Shown: positions 60,905-64,000 of the stretch, piece after piece
Layout: each line of letters starts with the position of its first letter
Numbering within the stretch: the stretch's first letter is position 1
Assembly: GCA_963674945.2 (NCBI GenBank)
Contig: CAXXWQ010000004.1
Location: 256,001-320,000, forward strand
Direction of reading: 5' to 3'
Length of the DNA stretch: 64,000 nucleotides
Source of the DNA: an uncultured Desulfosarcina sp.
GTDB lineage: Bacteria; Desulfobacterota; Desulfobacteria; Desulfobacterales; Desulfosarcinaceae
Position numbers and translations under genes: made by a program
Notes under the pieces: generated by a model
The model's input: only the letters and a program-made list of their open reading frames with translations
The model's database searches: none
Told to the model about the DNA's origin: nothing

Positions 60905-60922
60905 AGCAATATTCATGCCGAA
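60905..60922 (-). promoter_or_regulatory. sigma54 (-24/-12) promoter of the amidase / MamK-like operon
   Basis: minus strand TTCGGCATGAATATTGCT: GG-N10-GC with TTGC, about 85 nt upstream of ATG 60819. Confidence 0.7.
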
Positions 60923-61413
60923 CAATTCGAAACGATGTTTCAGACGATTGCTTCCAAAGAAAGACACAGGCAAGGCGCGTTGCGTTCGGCACGGCCAAAG
61001 AATTTCCTATTGTAGAGGGCAGATTTTTGCATAAAGGGACGGTTATTTGTGCAGCATCATTCAATTGGGCTGATTTTGCGATTATACTGCTGTTGGCTTG
61101 ATTGCAGCGTCGAAAGATTGACGGATACCGGCAGATGATCAATGGTTTGGCTGCTGCCTGAATTGGAGACTCGACATCCGTCATGGGTGTTTCATTTTTG
61201 TTGACCGCCGTTGTCCCCACCCTTATTCTATGAAAAATCAAAACCTTTTGGTAAGAAAGAAGTGATTGGACGCGAATATGCGCCTGACGATTTACGACCA
61301 ATATCCTTTTACCGAAACGAAGCTTGGTCACCAGACGTCATGGCAGCACCAAAGCCGACGGCTCCTGCTTCCAAGGTGAGCAGGGAGCCAGTCGGAAAAG
61401 GAGGGATGTACCG

Positions 61414-62667
61414 ATGCCTTCCAAAGACAATCACGACTCTGCAGCACCGCTGCCGATGTCCCGGCGTAGATTTATCCATACGGCAACCCGCATGGGTTTG
61501 GCTGGGATCGGTTCGGCACTGTTTTCCCATGACGTGTGGGCGGGACGGCTCGCCGATTCTTCCACCGAGAAACTGTTTCAAACCGCGCCGGTCGCCCGGT
61601 ACTGGATCTCTTCGAACGCCCCCGACGTTGATTGCACCGCTTGCCATCTTCCCGATGCGGACATCTCCAAAGATGCCACCAAGGCCCATGGCCGGGGAAT
61701 CGTCAAATGTTTGCTTTGCGCCAACGAGTGCATGATCCCACCTGGTGAACGGGGCCGGTGCCGCACCCGATTCAATGATGACGGCCTCCTGAAAAGTCTG
61801 GTGTACGGCCGCCCGGTGGCCGTACATGTGGATCCCATCGAAAAAAAACCCTTCTATCACTACCTGCCCGGATCCAATGCCTTTTCCCTGGCCACTGCCG
61901 GGTGCCCCTTGCAGTGCAAGTTCTGCCAGAATTGGGAAATTTCCCAGGCCCGCCCTGAGGATTTTTCGGGTGACATCGTCTCTTTCCGAAACATTGTCGC
62001 TTCGGCACGAAAAAAGGCGGCCATCATTGCCTTCACCTACAACGAACCAACTGTTTTCACGGAGTATCTTACCGATATCGCCCGCTTTTCGAGGACCGAG
62101 GGGCTAAAAAACGTTCTTGTCTCCTGTGGGTTCATGACCCAAGCGCCACTGACCGAGATGTGTGAGGTATTGGATGCCATAAAAATCGATCTGAAGGGAT
62201 TCTCAACAGCGTTTTACCGTAAGTTCTGCGACGCGGAACTCGCGCCGGTCCTTCGCAGCATCACCCAGGTGGCGAAAAGCGGCGTTCACCTGGAGATCGT
62301 CAATCTGGTTGTGCCCACCCTGAACGATTCGAGTCCCATGTTGACGAACCTGGTGGATTGGATATTGGGCGAGGTGGGGCCTGACGTGCCCGTCCATTTT
62401 ACCCGGTTTCATCCGGACTATCGAATGCTGAACCTTCCTCCCACCCCTCTCGATACTCTCGTGCGGGCCTACGAGATCGCTCGGGAGAAAGGACTTCGCT
62501 ACCCTTACATCGGCAACTGGCCCGGTCATCCTGGAAATCACACCTATTGTCCCAAATGCGGGGAGATCGTGATCCGAAGAACGGGCTTTTTCGTCACGGA
62601 GATTCTTATGGAACAGGGGCTGTGTCGTAAATGCAAGCAACCGATTGCCGGGGTTTGGCGCCGGTAG
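61414..62667 (+). CDS. AmmeMemoRadiSam-system radical SAM enzyme with twin-arginine leader
   Basis: SRRRFI leader, CLLCANEC..C, DPIEKKPFYH, GCPLQCKFCQNW, FTYNEP, HFTRFHP, CPKC..CRKC; AGGAGG before ATG 61414. Confidence 0.9.
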   Translation: MPSKDNHDSAAPLPMSRRRFIHTATRMGLAGIGSALFSHDVWAGRLADSSTEKLFQTAPVARYWISSNAPDVDCTACHLPDADISKDATKAHGRGIVKCLLCANECMIPPGERGRCRTRFNDDGLLKSLVYGRPVAVHVDPIEKKPFYHYLPGSNAFSLATAGCPLQCKFCQNWEISQARPEDFSGDIVSFRNIVASARKKAAIIAFTYNEPTVFTEYLTDIARFSRTEGLKNVLVSCGFMTQAPLTEMCEVLDAIKIDLKGFSTAFYRKFCDAELAPVLRSITQVAKSGVHLEIVNLVVPTLNDSSPMLTNLVDWILGEVGPDVPVHFTRFHPDYRMLNLPPTPLDTLVRAYEIAREKGLRYPYIGNWPGHPGNHTYCPKCGEIVIRRTGFFVTEILMEQGLCRKCKQPIAGVWRR

Positions 62668-62747
62668 CGGGCTGAAGGCAAAAATGCAGGAAGGAAAAAG
62701 GATTGGCCATGAAAGTGCTATCTTTTTCCTGTTTCCGTGGCACAAAA

Positions 62748-64000
62748 CCTGATTAAAACACTATAACCAATTGATAAAACATATATATTATGGTAATATT
62801 AGGGCACTAAACGCTCACTTCGGAGGTGAAATCAATGCGGCGTCCGATCACCATAAAACACGAGATGGAAAAACTTGCCAGTCATAGCGGATTGATCAAT
62901 ATCGGCGCATTACTTGATGCGATAAATTTCAGGTTCCGTTTCGAAAAGATCAACGGCGTCCATTGTGTAGACCCGAAAATTTCTCATGGTGACATTTTAG
63001 CTTCGATGATTGCTCTCATGAGTATTGGTAAACCTGATTACGATGCGATCGAGATTTTTCGTGAGAAGCAAGAATTTTTCAACAAGGCCATTGGCAATCG
63101 TGCATGCCCGTCAAGCCCGACATTGCGTCAGCGAATCGATTTGATCGGCAACCAAGCCGATAAGCTGATTAAGGATGCAGGCGTTGATTTGGTTCGATCC
63201 TGCGCTCCGGCGATTTCACCCATCCAAACCAGTGCGGGTGATTTCCTTCCTTTGGATATGGATGTGAGTCCGTTTGACAACTCAAAGACTCAAAAGGAAG
63301 GCGTTTCCAGAACCTACAAAGGCACGGATGGCTTCGCTCCGATCTTTGCCTACCTGGGCACCGAGGGGTATCTGGTGAATCTTGAGTTCAGAGAAGGAAA
63401 ACAACACTGCCAGAAAAACACCCCCGAATTTATCAACGCCACCTTGGATTATGCCAGGCAAATTACCGATCAGCCTATTTTGATGAGGTTGGATTCAGGA
63501 AACGACAGTCAAGACAACTTTCCTGACGATTCACGAAAGAATGTCCACTTTATCATCAAACGCAATTTGCGTAGAGAATCTGTTCAAAAGTGGGTTGATC
63601 TGGCAAAAAAATCCGGCAAGCAACAGCATTGCCGCTCAGGAAAATGTGTATGGATCGGAAAGACGATTGAAGACATCAACGGCAATCCATTGCGCTACCC
63701 AATCATCTTTGAGGTTACCGAAAGGCATACCAAAAAGGGCCAAGTACTGCTGTTCCCCGAGTATCAGATCGATACCTATTGGTGCAGCCTCGCACAGTTG
63801 CCACCGGATGAGGTGATTCGACTTTATCACGATCACGGTACCAGCGAGCAGTTTCACTCCGAACTCAAATCCGACATGGGCCTGGAGCGCTTGCCGAGCG
63901 GTCATTTTTCCACCAATAGCTTGATTCTTCATTTGGCGATGCTGACGTACAACATGCTACGGATTATCGGACAAATCAGCATCGAAGAGAGTGATCCGAC
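62748..64000 (+). mobile_element. IS1380-family insertion sequence (runs off the window end)
   Basis: probable left end CCTGATT at 62748 (inferred from family CC ends), AT-rich leader, transposase ORF. Confidence 0.85.
62835..64000 (+). CDS. IS1380-family DDE transposase (3' end outside window)
   Basis: GGAGGTG RBS, frame open to the end: PSSPTLRQR, LDMDVSPFDNS, TYKG..GFAP, RLDSG, YHDHGTSEQFHSELKSD. Confidence 0.92.
   Translation, partial: MRRPITIKHEMEKLASHSGLINIGALLDAINFRFRFEKINGVHCVDPKISHGDILASMIALMSIGKPDYDAIEIFREKQEFFNKAIGNRACPSSPTLRQRIDLIGNQADKLIKDAGVDLVRSCAPAISPIQTSAGDFLPLDMDVSPFDNSKTQKEGVSRTYKGTDGFAPIFAYLGTEGYLVNLEFREGKQHCQKNTPEFINATLDYARQITDQPILMRLDSGNDSQDNFPDDSRKNVHFIIKRNLRRESVQKWVDLAKKSGKQQHCRSGKCVWIGKTIEDINGNPLRYPIIFEVTERHTKKGQVLLFPEYQIDTYWCSLAQLPPDEVIRLYHDHGTSEQFHSELKSDMGLERLPSGHFSTNSLILHLAMLTYNMLRIIGQISIEESDP

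Noticed and set aside
60858..61331. 157 aa ORF or c-di-GMP riboswitch in the amidase upstream region
   Set aside because: No RBS or protein motif, the ORF overlaps the sigma54 site, and the GEMM core was not found.
54205..62667. Magnetosome island around the MamK-like gene
   Set aside because: No recognisable mamA/B/E/I/M/O/P/Q, mad or feoB genes. The nearby protease is S8 type, not the trypsin/PDZ type of MamE or MamO.
1..64000. CRISPR array, rRNA, prophage or defence island
   Set aside because: No regularly spaced repeats, rRNA-like sequence, phage structural genes or defence genes were recognised by eye.

Overview
64 kb of mostly core chromosome from what looks like a sulfate-reducing Desulfobacterota bacterium (Desulfobacterales-like; inferred from gene content and order, not from a search). 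It carries about 60 CDS: Fe-S carrier Mrp, miaB, recJ, RNase Z, kdsD/pfk/waaA/lpoA-like, class II aldolase, mazG, a phoH-7TM/HD-ybeY-nnr-tsaE-lysC operon, pyrF, trmJ, DAHP synthase, panC, a cobalamin-riboswitch-controlled btuCDF-cbiA-cbiC-cbiL operon, cheD-HDOD/selA, hemC/cobA-hemD/moaA, an S8 protease lipoprotein and a YVTN/Fn3 protein. There is one tRNA-Trp, two copies of a ~125 bp palindromic MITE-like element, two gene remnants, and an IS1380-family transposase running off the right end. The most striking feature is a two-gene unit behind a sigma54-type promoter: a membrane-anchored Amidase_3 cell-wall hydrolase followed 1 nt later by a MamK-like (magnetosome-type) actin, with no other magnetosome gene in the window. 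It is a candidate cytoskeleton-guided peptidoglycan-remodelling system. Other oddities are a radical-SAM enzyme with a twin-arginine leader and a CxxCH motif, a cbiA that appears to start at ATT, and a candidate anti-Shine-Dalgarno sRNA. All calls come from motif recognition by eye; no database searches were run.
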